From an uncultured Verrucomicrobiae bacterium (GTDB taxonomy: Bacteria; Verrucomicrobiota; Verrucomicrobiia; Chthoniobacterales; JAFAMB01): a stretch of DNA of 64,000 bases. The position numbers and the translations under genes are program-made. The stretch is taken from NCBI GenBank assembly GCA_963762565.1, contig CAVXLD010000007.1, positions 599,549 through 663,548 on the forward strand. Direction: 5' to 3'. Positions 52,808 through 64,000 of the stretch are shown here, piece by piece; position 1 is the first letter of the stretch, and each line of letters opens with the position of its first letter. The notes under the pieces were generated by a model, which saw nothing but the letters and a program-made list of their open reading frames with translations, did not search any database and was not told the DNA's origin.

Positions 52808-54097
52808 TTAGGAGCCGGGCCAGTGGTTCGAGCCGGGCCAGTTGTCAGACGCTCCGTCCGTCGACCCGTTGCCGTAGGGGCCGGAAGGTGGCGACAGCTC
52901 CACGGTGGCTGCGGTTGCCTTTCGGGCGCTGAGAGCCGCCGAGAAGGCCAAGAGGGCTAGGAGGACCGTGGCCGCAACATCCGCCTCCCACCATCCGGTC
53001 AGGCTGGTAGAGATCTTCAAGCCGACGGAGCGGGCCTGTGCCGCGCTCAGTCCGAACGCCGTGGACGGTACGGCTTCGCTCAACTGGAAGACGGCGGAGA
53101 TGAGCTGGGAGGACAGGGCGATGACCGCGCCGGCCGTGGCCCACGCTCCGACGGTTGCCGGGGACCAGACGGAGCCGAGGACTGCCACGAAGGCGAACCC
53201 GATCACGGTGAGAAGCACGCCGGCCATCACAACCGCTGGCTGGGAAAAGGCATTGCCCTCGGTCACGCTGCCGGACCCATGGAGAGATGGCGCGACGGCC
53301 GACCACTTGTCCCAGCTGGGCAGGTACGCCAGGACGACGGCGAAGGTGGCGAGCAGCATTACCACAGCCGACCTGCCCTGGGGTGGCCGAGGCATGCCGA
53401 GTGGGACGGTGCTCGCGGTCACCAGCACGCCGGCGGCACCGAAGCCCAGGCCGGCCAATGCCAGCCAGGCACCTGCCTCGCTCCCGTTCGACACCTGGAA
53501 GCCATTTGCGATGTCAACTGCGAGGAGGCCCAGTTCGACAGCGCCTAGTCCCGCGCCAAGAGCCGCCCCGCCGGCGACCGAGATGCGCGACAGGACCAGG
53601 ACCGCCGCCAGCGCCCAGCCGATCTCCAGGCATACATAAACCGCTATCTCCCACGACGAGGAGACAACCGGGCTTGCCGGGAGGCCTGGGTAGGGCGGGA
53701 ACATCGCGCCAATGTGCAGGCCAAGGCAGATGAGCAATAGCCCGCCGCCCAGAGCTACTTCGGTGAACGCTGGCCGCGGGGGGCTGGTCGGGTCGGCTCC
53801 TGCCGGCTTGTCTGCCGGGTCGATGCCTGTCGGGCCGTCAGACGAGGACGAGTACAGCGACGACGGCGGGCCAGTCGGGTAGCTCGGTCCGGGGCCAGAC
53901 GCGCCCGACGGAGTTCCCGGGTAGCTCGGTTGGTGGGCCAGACGCGCCCGCCGGAGGTCCCGCCGGGTAGCTCGGTCCGGGGCCGACGCGCCCGAGGGAG
54001 GTCCCGCCGGGTAGTTCGGTGCCAGCTGGCCGGCGTCAGGCGGCGAGCCGGTGGGCAATGGAGGGGTCAAGCTCACTCTCCCATACTGGCGCGGCAC
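52808..54097 (-). CDS. Multi-pass membrane protein with Pro/Gly/Ser-rich repeated N-terminus
   Basis: YPAGPPSGAS-like repeats followed by many TM segments. Confidence 0.7.
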   Translation of the reverse strand: MPRQYGRVSLTPPLPTGSPPDAGQLAPNYPAGPPSGASAPDRATRRDLRRARLAHQPSYPGTPSGASGPGPSYPTGPPSSLYSSSSDGPTGIDPADKPAGADPTSPPRPAFTEVALGGGLLLICLGLHIGAMFPPYPGLPASPVVSSSWEIAVYVCLEIGWALAAVLVLSRISVAGGAALGAGLGAVELGLLAVDIANGFQVSNGSEAGAWLALAGLGFGAAGVLVTASTVPLGMPRPPQGRSAVVMLLATFAVVLAYLPSWDKWSAVAPSLHGSGSVTEGNAFSQPAVVMAGVLLTVIGFAFVAVLGSVWSPATVGAWATAGAVIALSSQLISAVFQLSEAVPSTAFGLSAAQARSVGLKISTSLTGWWEADVAATVLLALLAFSAALSARKATAATVELSPPSGPYGNGSTDGASDNWPGSNHWPGS

Positions 54098-54154
54098 TTA
54101 GGTCTCCAGCTCCGCGCCGGTGGCTGCACGGGCCAACCTTTCTCTGAAAGTCTG

Positions 54155-54804
54155 TTAAAGAGACCGCATCAATTGGTAAACGCCCGCAAAATCGCTGTTG
54201 ACCTTCTCGGGGATAGGCACAACGCCGCCTAGCGCGCGTGCCCCCCACGCGATCTGGGCGGTGCGTTCGACTATGGCGACGATCTGAAGCACCTTGGAAG
54301 GGCTCGGCCCGACCGCAACCAAGCCGTGGTTGGCGAGGAGGGCGGCCCCTCGGCCCTCCAGGGCCTTGACCGCACTGTCTCCCACATCGGAGGACCCGGA
54401 CATCGCGTACTCCGCGCAGCGCACCTCGCCCCCCACGTAGATCGTGAACTCGTCCACGCAAGCCGGCAGCGGCTCGTGGCTACAGGCGAACATCGTGGCC
54501 CACACGGGGTGGGCATGGATGACCGAGCCGATGTCGTCGAAAGCCCGGTAGCAGGCCAGGTGCAGGAGCAGTTCGGACGTGGGGCTTCGGCCCTCTGCCG
54601 CGAGACCACCTCCCCTTCGGGGCTGACGACGACTAGGTCCTCCAGCACCATCGCCTGGTAGTCGACCGAGGATGGGGTGCATACCACGTTGCCGTCGGGG
54701 AGCCTGGCGGAGATGTTCCCCGAGGTCCCTTCGACCAGGCCCTTTCGCAGCATTTCCTTCGCTGTCGCCAGTACCGCCTGGTGGGCTTCAGGGACGCTTC
54801 TCAT
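54155..54804 (-). CDS. Class II aldolase/adducin (L-fuculose-phosphate aldolase-like; frameshift near 54600)
   Basis: GTSGNISAR, PTSELLLH, VIHAHP and LLANHG motifs. Confidence 0.9.
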
Positions 54805-55835
54805 CGTTTTCTCTCCAGGAAAGTCGGGGTGCCTAAGACTTCGGGGTTGACGATATTGAGCGGGACCTCGCCGGCGAGGAGGCGTTCCAGGTCGTCCGCC
54901 ACCATCTGGGCGCCACGAGCTTCGGTGTCGGTGGTGGCCCCACCGATGTGCGGTGTCAGCACGACGTTGTACATGGCCAGCAGCGGGTGCCCAGCTGGTA
55001 GCACCTCGCCGTCAAAGTGGTCGAGGCCCGCTCCGCCGAGCTGTCCCGAGCGGAGAGCTGCGACCAGTGCGTCCATGTCGTGCAATTTGGCGCGGGCGGT
55101 GTTCAAAAAGACCGAGCCCTGACGCATCCACGAGAACTGTTCCTCGCCGAAGAAGCCAAGCGTCTCGGGGGTAACCGCAGCGTGGAGGGAAACAACGTCT
55201 GCCCGCCTTACGGCCTCCTCCAGGTCGTGGCCCGCGCCTGCCACGTACGGGTCGTAAACCACGACATCCATGCCGAGGCCCCGCAGCCTCCATTCCAGCG
55301 CTCTGCCGACTGCCCCGTAGCCGATGATGGCAACGGTCCTGCCTGCCAGTTCCCATCCACGGAAGCGCTGGTAGGGGATGGTGCCGTCGCGGAACACCTC
55401 CAGCTCCCTGACGTCGCGGTCAGCGGGCAGGACGGCCCGCGCAATGGCGATGAGCAAGCCGATGGCAAGTTCGGCGACCGCGTCGGCGTTACGGCCGGGG
55501 GTGCGCAGCACCGGCACGCCGGCCGCCGTCGCCTGGGCCACGGCGACGTTGTTGGGGTCGCCCCGGGTGGCGGCCACGGCGACCAGGGGCAACTCGAAAA
55601 CGGGCCCGTCTACGAAGTCAGCCTCTACCACTGCGATGTCGGCGTCCTCGTCGGCGAGACGCTTAGCCAAGCCGGCGCCGTCGTAGATCTTCAGCGGTTC
55701 CTGGTCGGTCCACGGCTCGTGGACCACTTCGGCCAGCTGTTTGAGCTTGTCCAGGCCCGGGCCGCGCATCGGCGCCGTCACAAACGCACGGTGGCGCTGG
55801 CCGCGTTGACCGGAGGGACCGCTTGCATCGGGCAC
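54801..55835 (-). CDS. D-isomer-specific 2-hydroxyacid dehydrogenase
   Basis: TPGRNADAVAE, IIGYGAVG, FLNTAR and LTPHIGG motifs. Confidence 0.9.
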   Translation of the reverse strand: MPDASGPSGQRGQRHRAFVTAPMRGPGLDKLKQLAEVVHEPWTDQEPLKIYDGAGLAKRLADEDADIAVVEADFVDGPVFELPLVAVAATRGDPNNVAVAQATAAGVPVLRTPGRNADAVAELAIGLLIAIARAVLPADRDVRELEVFRDGTIPYQRFRGWELAGRTVAIIGYGAVGRALEWRLRGLGMDVVVYDPYVAGAGHDLEEAVRRADVVSLHAAVTPETLGFFGEEQFSWMRQGSVFLNTARAKLHDMDALVAALRSGQLGGAGLDHFDGEVLPAGHPLLAMYNVVLTPHIGGATTDTEARGAQMVADDLERLLAGEVPLNIVNPEVLGTPTFLERKR

Positions 55836-55854
55836 GCTGCAATACTGTCCGAGC

Positions 55855-57356
55855 ATGACCGACGCATCCCAATCCGCCCAGGCCTCGGGGCTGGTGGTGG
55901 GGATGGACATCGGCACGACCGCGGTAAAAGCGGTTGTAGCCGACGAGGCCGGCAACATAGTCGGGCGGCACCGCGTCCCGAGCAAGCTCATCGTCGGGCC
56001 GGCGGGCCGCTTCGAGCACGATGCAGTGGCTACCTGGTGGGAAGGCCCTCGGACATTGTTGCGCGAAACCCTCGAACAGTTGAGGGCATCGGGTCAAGGG
56101 GGGCCGCAAGCGGTAGCGGTCTCGGCGATGATGCCCTCGCTCGCGGCAGTCGATGCCTCCGGACGGCCGGTTGGCCCCGGTCTGCTCTACGGCGATAGCC
56201 GGGGGCAGCGCCCTGCCCAGGTCTCCGATGGCCATGGGGGCGAAGCGGGAGCACGGCGGGCGACGCTGGCGACCCGACTGGCGACGCGACTGGCGACCCG
56301 ACCGCCAGCGACGAAATGGCATGCCTTGCCGGCTGGGCCGCCGCCGACGTGCCGGGCGCTGCCGGCTACTGGCCGGCGCAGGCGGTTGCCAATGCATCAC
56401 TCGGGGGAGAAGGCGTGACCGACCTGGCGTCCGCCTTCGCAGCCGGCACCCTTTTCGGTGAGGGAGGATGGCAGCCCTCGGTGTGCGAAGCCGGTGGCTT
56501 TTCACCGGCGCAGCTGCCCAGGGTGGCGTTCTTCGGGGAGCGGATTGGGGAAGTCGACCCCGCGGTCGTCGAGGGCTCCGTTGTCTCGGGCAGTGAGATC
56601 GTTCTCGGGGCTGGGTCGGTAGACGGGTTTTGCGAGCAGTTGGTCTCGGGCGCTGTGCACGACGGTGATGTGTTCGTCGGGCTCGGTGGGACCCTGGTCG
56701 TATGGCTCACCGTCCCGGGTTGGCCCGAAGTGGTGCCTGGGCTGTGGAGGGTGCCACATTTCGTCGCCGGCAAGGCATTGGTTGGCGGGGCGAGCACCGC
56801 CGGAGGGATGTGGGTCGACTGGGTCGACCGGGCCCTGCGCCCCGATGACGAGGCGGCCGTCGAGCCAGGGGACGTGCCGGTGTGGTGGCCCTGGGCCAAG
56901 GGTGAAAGGGTGCCCTTGCACGACCGGTCGCTCCGCGTCGCCTTGGCGGGCGCTGACATCTCACATGGCCCTGGAGCCCTCCGGCGAGCAGCGTTCGAAG
57001 CGACGGGTTTCGTGGTACGCCACATCGTCGAGCTGGCTGAGGCGAGCGGGACCAGCCCGCAACGCTTTGTCCTGAGCGGAGGAGGGGTGCGCAACCGAGA
57101 CTGGCTGCAGGCCATTGCCGACGTGCTCGGACTTCCTGTCGTGCCGGTGGCTTTCCCGGATGGGGCGGCACTCGGCTCTGCGTTCCTGGCGAGGATGGCC
57201 CTCGGGGCCGAGAGCTCCCTTGACGATGCGACCAGGTGGGCGAAATGGTCGCCTCCGGTCGGACCGAGGCCCGCTTGGGCTTCAGCAGCCGACGAGCGCT
57301 ACGAACGCTGGAAGGCGGGCCTTCCTGAAACGAGTGCCGCGGGGCTCGGGTTGTGA
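55855..57356 (+). CDS. FGGY family carbohydrate kinase (frameshift near 56230)
   Basis: GMDIGTTAVKA, LLYGDSR, KGERVP, LSGGG and GAALGSA motifs. Confidence 0.88.
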
Positions 57357-57486
57357 CCGGGCACCGCCTCGAGAACGCCGCTGCTCTCGAGGCGCCGGCG
57401 TTCTCGAGGCGCCGCCAGGTTGGTCCGGCGACGGTTTGGTTAGGCGACGGTTCGTTAGGCGACAGGTTGGTTAGGCGACGGGTCGG

Positions 57487-58243
57487 CTAAGCGACGGCTG
57501 TAGGGGTCGCTGCGGTCGGCGTGGTCGTAGTGGTGGTGGGCGGGACGCCCCCGTCGGAGCTGAGCACTTGCATCCGCTCGACGTCGAAGGGGTTGCTGGT
57601 CGGGTTCACCTCATTGGCGCCCAGGTGCACCGCACCGGTGGGTGCGAGCGTCCCAGCGATGTAGAAGCTGGCCGAGAACCCGGTCGAGCAGTGGGTGGCG
57701 AAGTCAAGCCCGTCCACCCAGCCGTAGTTGACGAACCGGAAAAGGATCGTGCGATGGTTCGCGCTCACCGCCACGATGTCATTGCCCTCGTCCCGAACAC
57801 GGTGGACCAACACGAACCTGCCGTCGGTGTGCAAGGTCCCAGCGATGATGACCCTGTCGTGCGGCCCGCCGTGAGTGGCACGGAGCGCCCAACCCCCGTC
57901 TGGGTCGTGCCACAGGTAAACGCCGTCATCCCCGGCCTGGAAAGTCGCCGGGCGGCCCTGGACGGCCTGGGGCCAAGCCCCCGGCACGCAGTTGTCCTCG
58001 GGCGCCGCCGACGGCGCCTGGGGCAACGGCAAGCCGACGGTGGTCGTGGTGCTGGTGGTGGTTGTCGCACCCGGGACCGTCGTGTGTGGTGGTGCTCGTT
58101 ACGACGGGCAGCGGGAAATGTCGGTGCTGGGCAGTCTGATTGGCCCAGGCGGGGCTAGCGGCCAAGCCCGTCGCAGCCACCACCGCGCAAGCACCGAGCA
58201 GGAATTTGGCGGCGCTGGCGGTCGCTGCGGAAGTGGTCTTCAT
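57487..58243 (-). CDS. Secreted hypothetical protein with Thr-rich linkers (frameshifted)
   Basis: Signal peptide MKTTSAATASAAKFLL...; domain VYLWHD..FRFVNYGWVDGLDF. Confidence 0.6.
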
Positions 58244-58612
58244 TGTGGTCCTCCTGTTGGCTGGGCCGCTTGGCCCCGCACCATCAGTGTCGTCACAGTT
58301 GTTGTTCAGGCCGTAGTCAATTTGTGATGATCCTGCGATGGACTATACCGGGCGGCCCCTTGACCCCCGTCTCACGCCGTCGCTTACCCGACCTGAACGG
58401 GTGGCCAACAACCCCTGCGAGCAGCCACAGCAACCAGACTAAGCGCCCGCCGGTCACCAAGCGCCCGTCGCCGCCTTCTCTCGCGTACGTAGTTCTGCGG
58501 CGGTCACTAAGGTGCCTTTGGAGCTACCCGCAGGTCACGCTTGGCGGGGCGCCGGAGCACGCCATCGAGAGAACACGCCATCGAGACACCCGCACGGAAG
58601 GAAGGCGCGACG

Positions 58613-61014
58613 ATGACCGAGGTGACAGCGAGCCACGACCAAGGCGGACAGGACGCCACATCGAGCGAGCAGCCACTTTCCGAGAAGGAAGCCCAGCTGA
58701 TAGACGCCTATTGGCGGGCGGCCAACTACCTGTCGGTGGGGCAAATCTACCTCCTCGACAACCCGCTGCTGCGCGAGCCGCTCAAGGCCGAGCACGTGAA
58801 GCCGCGCCTGCTCGGCCATTGGGGGACGACGCCCGGGCTCAACTTCATCTACGCCCACATGAACCGGGTCATCCGGAAGTCTGATCTCGACGCCATCTAC
58901 GTGATGGGCCCGGGCACGGGGGCCCGGCAGCGGTGGCAAACGCCTACCTCGAAGGAACCTACAGCGAGTTCTACCCCGGCATCTCATGCAACGAAGACGG
59001 CATGCGGGCATTGTTCCGCCAGTTCAGCTTTCCAGGCGGCATCCCGTCCCACGTAGCCCCCGAAACGCCCGGGTCGATCCACGAGGGTGGGGAGCTTGGC
59101 TATGCGCTGTCCCATGCTTTCGGGGCGGCCTTCGACAACCCGGACCTGCTTGTCTGCTGCATCGTGGGCGACGGGGAGGCCGAAACGGGCCCGCTCGCCA
59201 CAGGTTGGCATTCAAACAAGTTCTTGAACCCCGTTGCGGACGGCGCCGTTCTTCCCATCCTCCATCTGAACGGCTACAAGATCGCAAACCCGACCGTGTT
59301 GGCGAGGATCGGCGACGACGAACTGACGTCCCTGCTCGAGGGGTACGGGTACGAAGTTCACTGGGTCTCCGGCGACGAACCGGCCAGGATGCACCAATTG
59401 ATGGCGGCGACCATGGACCGCGTCGTCGAGCGCATCGCTTCCATCCAGCGCTCCGCCAGGGAGCACGGCGACGCTTCAAGGCCGCGCTGGCCGATGATCG
59501 TGTTGCGGTCGCCAAAGGGATGGACCGGCCCGAAGATGGTCGACGGGCTCCCGACGGAGGGGACCTGGCGGTCGCATCAAGTGCCGTTGTCGGAGGTCCA
59601 CAGCAACCCTGAGCACCGCGGGCAACTCGAGTCCTGGCTGCGCAGCTACCGGCCCGAAGAACTTTTCGACGAAAAGGGTTCCCTTATCCCCGAACTGGCG
59701 GCCCTGCCACCCAAGGACGACCGGCGGATGAGCGCGAACCCACATGCCAACGGCGGCTTGTTGCTTCGCGACCTGGTGTTGCCGGATTTCCGCCAGTACG
59801 CCGTCCCCGAGTCAAGACCCGGGACGACGCTGTCGGAAGCTACCAAGGCCCTCGGGATATTCCTCAGGGACGTGATAATCGCGAACCCTTCCAATTTCAG
59901 GCTTTTCGGCCCGGACGAGGTCGCGTCCAACCGCTTGCAGGCCGTTTTCGAGGTCACCGAGCGCCAGTGGGAGGCGGAGACGCTCGTTACCGACGACCAC
60001 CTGGCCCCGGAGGGCAGGGTCATGGAAGTGCTCTCGGAGCACCAGTGCCAGGGTTGGCTGGAAGGCTATCTGCTGACCGGGAGGCACGGCCTTTTCACGA
60101 GCTATGAAGCGTTCATCCACATAGTCGATTCGATGTTCAACCAGCACGCGAAATGGCTGAAGGTGACAAAAGGCATCCACTGGCGCAGGCCGGTGGCGTC
60201 GCTCAATTACTTGCTGTCCTCACACGTTTGGCGCCAAGACCACAACGGGTTTTCGCACCAGGACCCCGGGTTCATAGACCACGTCGTCAACAAAAAGGCC
60301 GAAGTTATAAGGGTGTACCTGCCACCCGACACCAACTGTCTGCTCTCGGTAGCCGACCATTGCCTCCGCAGCCGCCATTACGTGAACGTGATAGTCGCTG
60401 GCAAGCAACCGTCGCTCAATTACCTGTCGATGGAAGAGGCGGTCCTGCACTGCACCCGGGGGATCGGGATTTGGGACTGGGCGTCCAACGACGGCGGCGA
60501 CCCTGATGTGGTCATGGGCTGCTGCGGGGACATCCCGACCCTGGAGACGCTCGCTGCCGTGGACATCTTGCGCCAAGAACTGCCTTCGCTCAAGGTCCGG
60601 GTTGTAAACGTCGTCGACCTCATGCGCATCCAGCCGGAGACCGAGCACCCGCACGGCCTGTCCGACAGGGAGTTCGACAACATCTTCACGACGGACCGGC
60701 CCGTCATCTTCGCCTACCACGGCTACCCCTGGCTCATACACCGCCTCACCTACCGGCGGAACAACCACCCCAACATGCACGTCCGCGGTTACAAGGAAGA
60801 GGGCACGACCACGACTCCGTTCGACATGGTGATGCTGAACGACCTCGACCGTTTCCATCTCGTGATGGACGTGATCGACCGGGTGCCCTGGCTGGGATCC
60901 CATGCGGCCTCCCTGCGCCAGCAGATGGAAGACGAAAGGGCGCGGGCGCGCGCTTATACGAGGGTCGCCGGAGAGGACGATCCCGAGATCGCCAGCTGGT
61001 CCTGGCCCTACTGA
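58613..61014 (+). CDS. xfp: Phosphoketolase (frameshift near 58920)
   Basis: [38 protein letters not shown] and QDHNGFSHQ motifs. Confidence 0.95.
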
Positions 61015-61027
61015 GCGCCTGGGCCAA

Positions 61028-62116
61028 GTGCGTGTCCTTGTCGTAAACGCAGGTTCGAGCACCCTCAAGCTGTCGGTGCTCGACGAGGACAACCTGGTGA
61101 GCTCGGAGCTCCTGGAAGCTCCCAGCGGCGAGGTTGACCAGGGCGCTCTCCGAGAAATCGTGGCCAAGAACAGCCCGATAGACGCGGTGGGGCACCGTGT
61201 CGTCCACGGCGGGGCAAGGTTCACCGGGCCTGTCCTCGTCGACGCTGATGTCGTCCGCGGCCTCGAGGCCCTTGTCGACCTGGCGCCTCTGCACCAGCCG
61301 ATGTCGCTGCGGGGCATCCACCTGATGAGCCGGATCCTGCCGGAGGTCCCGGCAGTGGCCTGCTTCGACACGGCCTTCCACGCCACTATCCCGCCAGCAG
61401 CCGCGACCTACGCGCTCCCAGCCGAGTGGCGCAGGCGTTGGGATCTGCGCCGTTTCGGTTTCCACGGTCTCTCGCACTCCTATGCGTCGCGCCGGGCTGC
61501 TGCAATGACAGAAGGCGGTGCTTTGCGGGTCGTGACGTGCCATCTCGGCGCGGGGGCCTCCCTGGCGGCCGTCCGGGGCGGGTTCTGCGTCGACACCACG
61601 ATGGGCTTCACCCCGCTCGAGGGGCTCGTCATGGCGACCCGGGCCGGGTCCGTGGATGCGGGGCTGCTGCTCTGGCTGGAAGACCATGAGGGCCTGTCGT
61701 CGAGCGAGATCAACACCGCCCTGTTGCACCGTTCGGGCCTCCTCGGCCTCGCCGGTAACGCCGACATGCGTGCCGTGCTCGCAGCCGAGCAAACCGGGGA
61801 CCAGGACGCTGTCCTGGCGATGGGCGTCTACCTGCACCGGTTGCGGGCCGGTATCGCGTCGATGGTCGCCGCTCTCGGCGGCCTTGACGCCCTGGTCTTC
61901 ACGGCAGGGATAGGGGAGCACTCGGCTCAGGTCCGGTGGCGTACGGCAGACGGCCTCGGGTTCTTGGGCGTCGCGCTCGACGAAGCGGCCAACGAGTCCG
62001 CCAAGGCCGACCAGGAGATCAGCGCCTCAGGTGCGCCGGTGAGGACCTTGGTCATCGAGGCGCGTGAGGATCTCGAAATCGTTCGGGGAGCCCGGCAGGT
62101 GCTCGCCGGTCATTGA
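61028..62116 (+). CDS. ackA: Acetate/propionate kinase
   Basis: VNAGSSTLK, GHRVVHGG, APLH, FDTAFH, GFHGLS and TMGFTPLEG motifs. Confidence 0.95.
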   Translation: MRVLVVNAGSSTLKLSVLDEDNLVSSELLEAPSGEVDQGALREIVAKNSPIDAVGHRVVHGGARFTGPVLVDADVVRGLEALVDLAPLHQPMSLRGIHLMSRILPEVPAVACFDTAFHATIPPAAATYALPAEWRRRWDLRRFGFHGLSHSYASRRAAAMTEGGALRVVTCHLGAGASLAAVRGGFCVDTTMGFTPLEGLVMATRAGSVDAGLLLWLEDHEGLSSSEINTALLHRSGLLGLAGNADMRAVLAAEQTGDQDAVLAMGVYLHRLRAGIASMVAALGGLDALVFTAGIGEHSAQVRWRTADGLGFLGVALDEAANESAKADQEISASGAPVRTLVIEAREDLEIVRGARQVLAGH

Positions 62117-62133
62117 ACCCCCGGCCGCGCCGG

Positions 62134-63563
62134 TCAGACGCGTTGTGCGAGGTGGGAAAACTCGGGGTTGCGATGAGCCGGGCCAGCCATTACAGGCTGG
62201 AACATGGCAATCTGGTTCTTCCCCTTGGCCTTGGCGCTGTACATGGCAATGTCGGCGTCGCGCAGCACGTCTTCTACGTCGGTATCGGGATCGGAAATGA
62301 CTACTGCTCCGATGCTGGCAGTGACCGACAACGTCTCACCATCGTGCACGAAGCCCTTTCTCAGGCTCCGTAGAGCACGGTTGGCGAGCATACGCGCATC
62401 CCTGTCCGGCGCAAGGACGTCGAAGAGCATTACGAACTCGTCGCCACCGAGCCGGGCCACCATGTCGGCGTGACGTGCGGCCCCGCGGAGCCGTGACGCC
62501 ACTTCGGTGAGGACCTCGTCGCCCACGTCATGGCCGTACGCGTCGTTTATCAACTTGAAATTGTCCAGGTCGATGAACAGCAGGACAATTCGTCCGCGGT
62601 TAGAGCGGAGGTTCGCCATGGCAGCGCTCAGGCGCCCCATGAGCGCCAGCCGGTTCGCGAGACCGGTCAGGTGGTCGTGCAGCGCTTGGTGAGCCAAGAC
62701 GGTCTGGACCGCTTTGATCTGCGTCAGGTCTCGCGCCGCCATGACCAAACCGGTCACCGCACCGTCAGCCGCAAGCTGTGGCACCATCCGGGCGTGCCAC
62801 CAGATAGTTTGGCCCCGACCTGCGACGGGAACTCGACCTCGCACGTCTCTTTGGTTTCGAGGACCTGTTGCAGCGCCGGTAGGAGCAAAGCGAGTACTTC
62901 CGCAGGACGCTCCAGTTCCTCGTCGGTCCGGCCGACGACCTTGTCGGCGGTGGTCCCCAACAGCACGGCCGCCTTCGCGTTTACCATTTCGTAGCGCAGG
63001 TCCCGGTTGTAGCAGGCGATGACGTCGGGCGAGCTGTCGAGGACGGCTCGCAACTGCGCTTCGCGGCGGGCCAGTTCCAGCTCAGCCACGACCTGGGCGG
63101 TCACGTTGCGGGAGATCCCGAAGGTGCCGATAATGCTCCCGTCGTCATCGCGCAATGGGGCCTTGCTGGTCATGAACCACCCGCCGAGGGTGTCTGAGCT
63201 GTCCCGCTCCAAGACGTCGACCATAGGCTCGGCCGTCTCGATCATCCGCTGCTCTTCCGCCATCCACTCCTCGGCTAGATCGGCGTCGAACAAGTCCAGG
63301 TCGGTTTTGCCGATGTAGTACTCCGGCCCCCAATCGAGTTTCCCGGTTGCCCCATTTTTCCGCTCGCGATCGACGTGGTGCTGCACCACGCCCTTGCTTA
63401 CCAGGAGGAAGCGGTTGTGGAGATCCTTGAAGTAGATCGCCTCGTTGGTGCTCTCCAACAGGTTGTGCAGGCAGACGCGTTCGACGTGGCTGACGTGCTC
63501 GAAAGAGCTCTCATCGTCGGCGTCTTGATGCTCAGGTTTGACCACGAGTCTTCCCGGCTCCAT
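62134..63563 (-). CDS. PAS-PAS-GGDEF diguanylate cyclase (frameshift near 62825)
   Basis: Two PAS domains; HDHLTGLANR, IDLDNFK and RLGGDEF motifs. Confidence 0.9.
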
Positions 63564-63652
63564 CGTGCGGGCCCAATGCTTTATCGTCACCTGACGGCGT
63601 CGGTTGAGCTGGAGTAACTTGCGAGGGCAAACGACCGAGAGGAGATGACGAG

Positions 63653-64000
63653 ATGTTGAAGGGATTGGACCCCCTCCTCGGGGAGGACCTGCTCTACGTG
63701 CTCGCGGCGATGGGCCACGGCGATCAACTCGCGTTGGTGGACCGCAACTTTCCGGCCGTATCAATGAGCCGACGCCTGGTGCGTTTGGCGGGAGCCGACC
63801 TGGTCACTGCGGCGCGGGCAATCCTGAGCTTGCTGCCATTGGACACGTTCGTCGATCGCCCCGTAGTTCGCATGGAGGTCGTCGGCGCACCCAGCGAAGT
63901 CCCCCAGGTGCAGGCCGAGATCCTGGCCCTTTGCCAGGAGACCGAGGGACGGGAGCTCGAGATGGGGTCACTAGAAGGGGAGGATTTTTATGCCCGTGCC
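63653..64000 (+). CDS. RbsD/FucU family sugar mutarotase/pyranase (runs off the window)
   Basis: MLKGLDPLLGEDLLYVLAAMGHGD. Confidence 0.85.
   Translation, partial: MLKGLDPLLGEDLLYVLAAMGHGDQLALVDRNFPAVSMSRRLVRLAGADLVTAARAILSLLPLDTFVDRPVVRMEVVGAPSEVPQVQAEILALCQETEGRELEMGSLEGEDFYARA

Noticed and set aside
57417..57495. GTTAGGC repeats resembling integron attC core sites
   Set aside because: A simple 15-16 bp tandem repeat at a gene end, with no inverse core, cassette spacing or integrase
58535..61921. Long antisense ORFs opposite xfp/ackA and other right-half genes
   Set aside because: Expected shadow ORFs in high-GC coding DNA, with no recognisable motifs
46250..64000. High-GC genomic island, mass pseudogenisation or programmed frameshifting
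   Set aside because: There is an adapter at the boundary, no mobility genes, and indels scattered through core enzymes; low-coverage long-read error is the simpler explanation

Overview
The window appears to be a chimera of two unrelated genomes, joined at about 46,220-46,250 by a degraded Oxford Nanopore adapter. The left part (1 to about 46,220, moderate GC) is probably from a soil Verrucomicrobiota/Chthoniobacterales-like organism (taxonomy inferred). It is a mosaic of single accessory genes: TetR, GH15 glucoamylase, amidase, a duplicated acetamidase/formamidase flanking a group II intron, a deoxyhypusine-synthase-like protein, cytochrome c/PCuAC/SCO, tricorn protease, DJ-1/GlxA, MATE, HAF and YVTN propellers, two GFA proteins, TPR, a HAD dehalogenase, a GH13 amylase and a tRNA(CAU). 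Almost every intergenic space holds a 150-500 bp nested imperfect hairpin built from about ten short repeat families, and several genes are bracketed by two copies of the same element. At 34.9-36.6 kb there is a repeated structured non-coding unit and a 28-bp direct-repeat-flanked insert carrying a stand-alone HisKA_3-like ORF; this is the best candidate for something undescribed. The right part (about 46,250-64,000, visibly higher GC, heavily frameshifted) looks actinobacterial (Acidimicrobiia-like, inferred). It carries a PFOR fragment, DHOD-like protein, ferredoxin, a DosR-like regulator with DosR-box-like palindromes, HDAC, PilZ, a sugar aldolase/dehydrogenase/kinase cluster, phosphoketolase, acetate kinase, PAS-GGDEF and RbsD/FucU. 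No CRISPR, integrase or transposase was seen.
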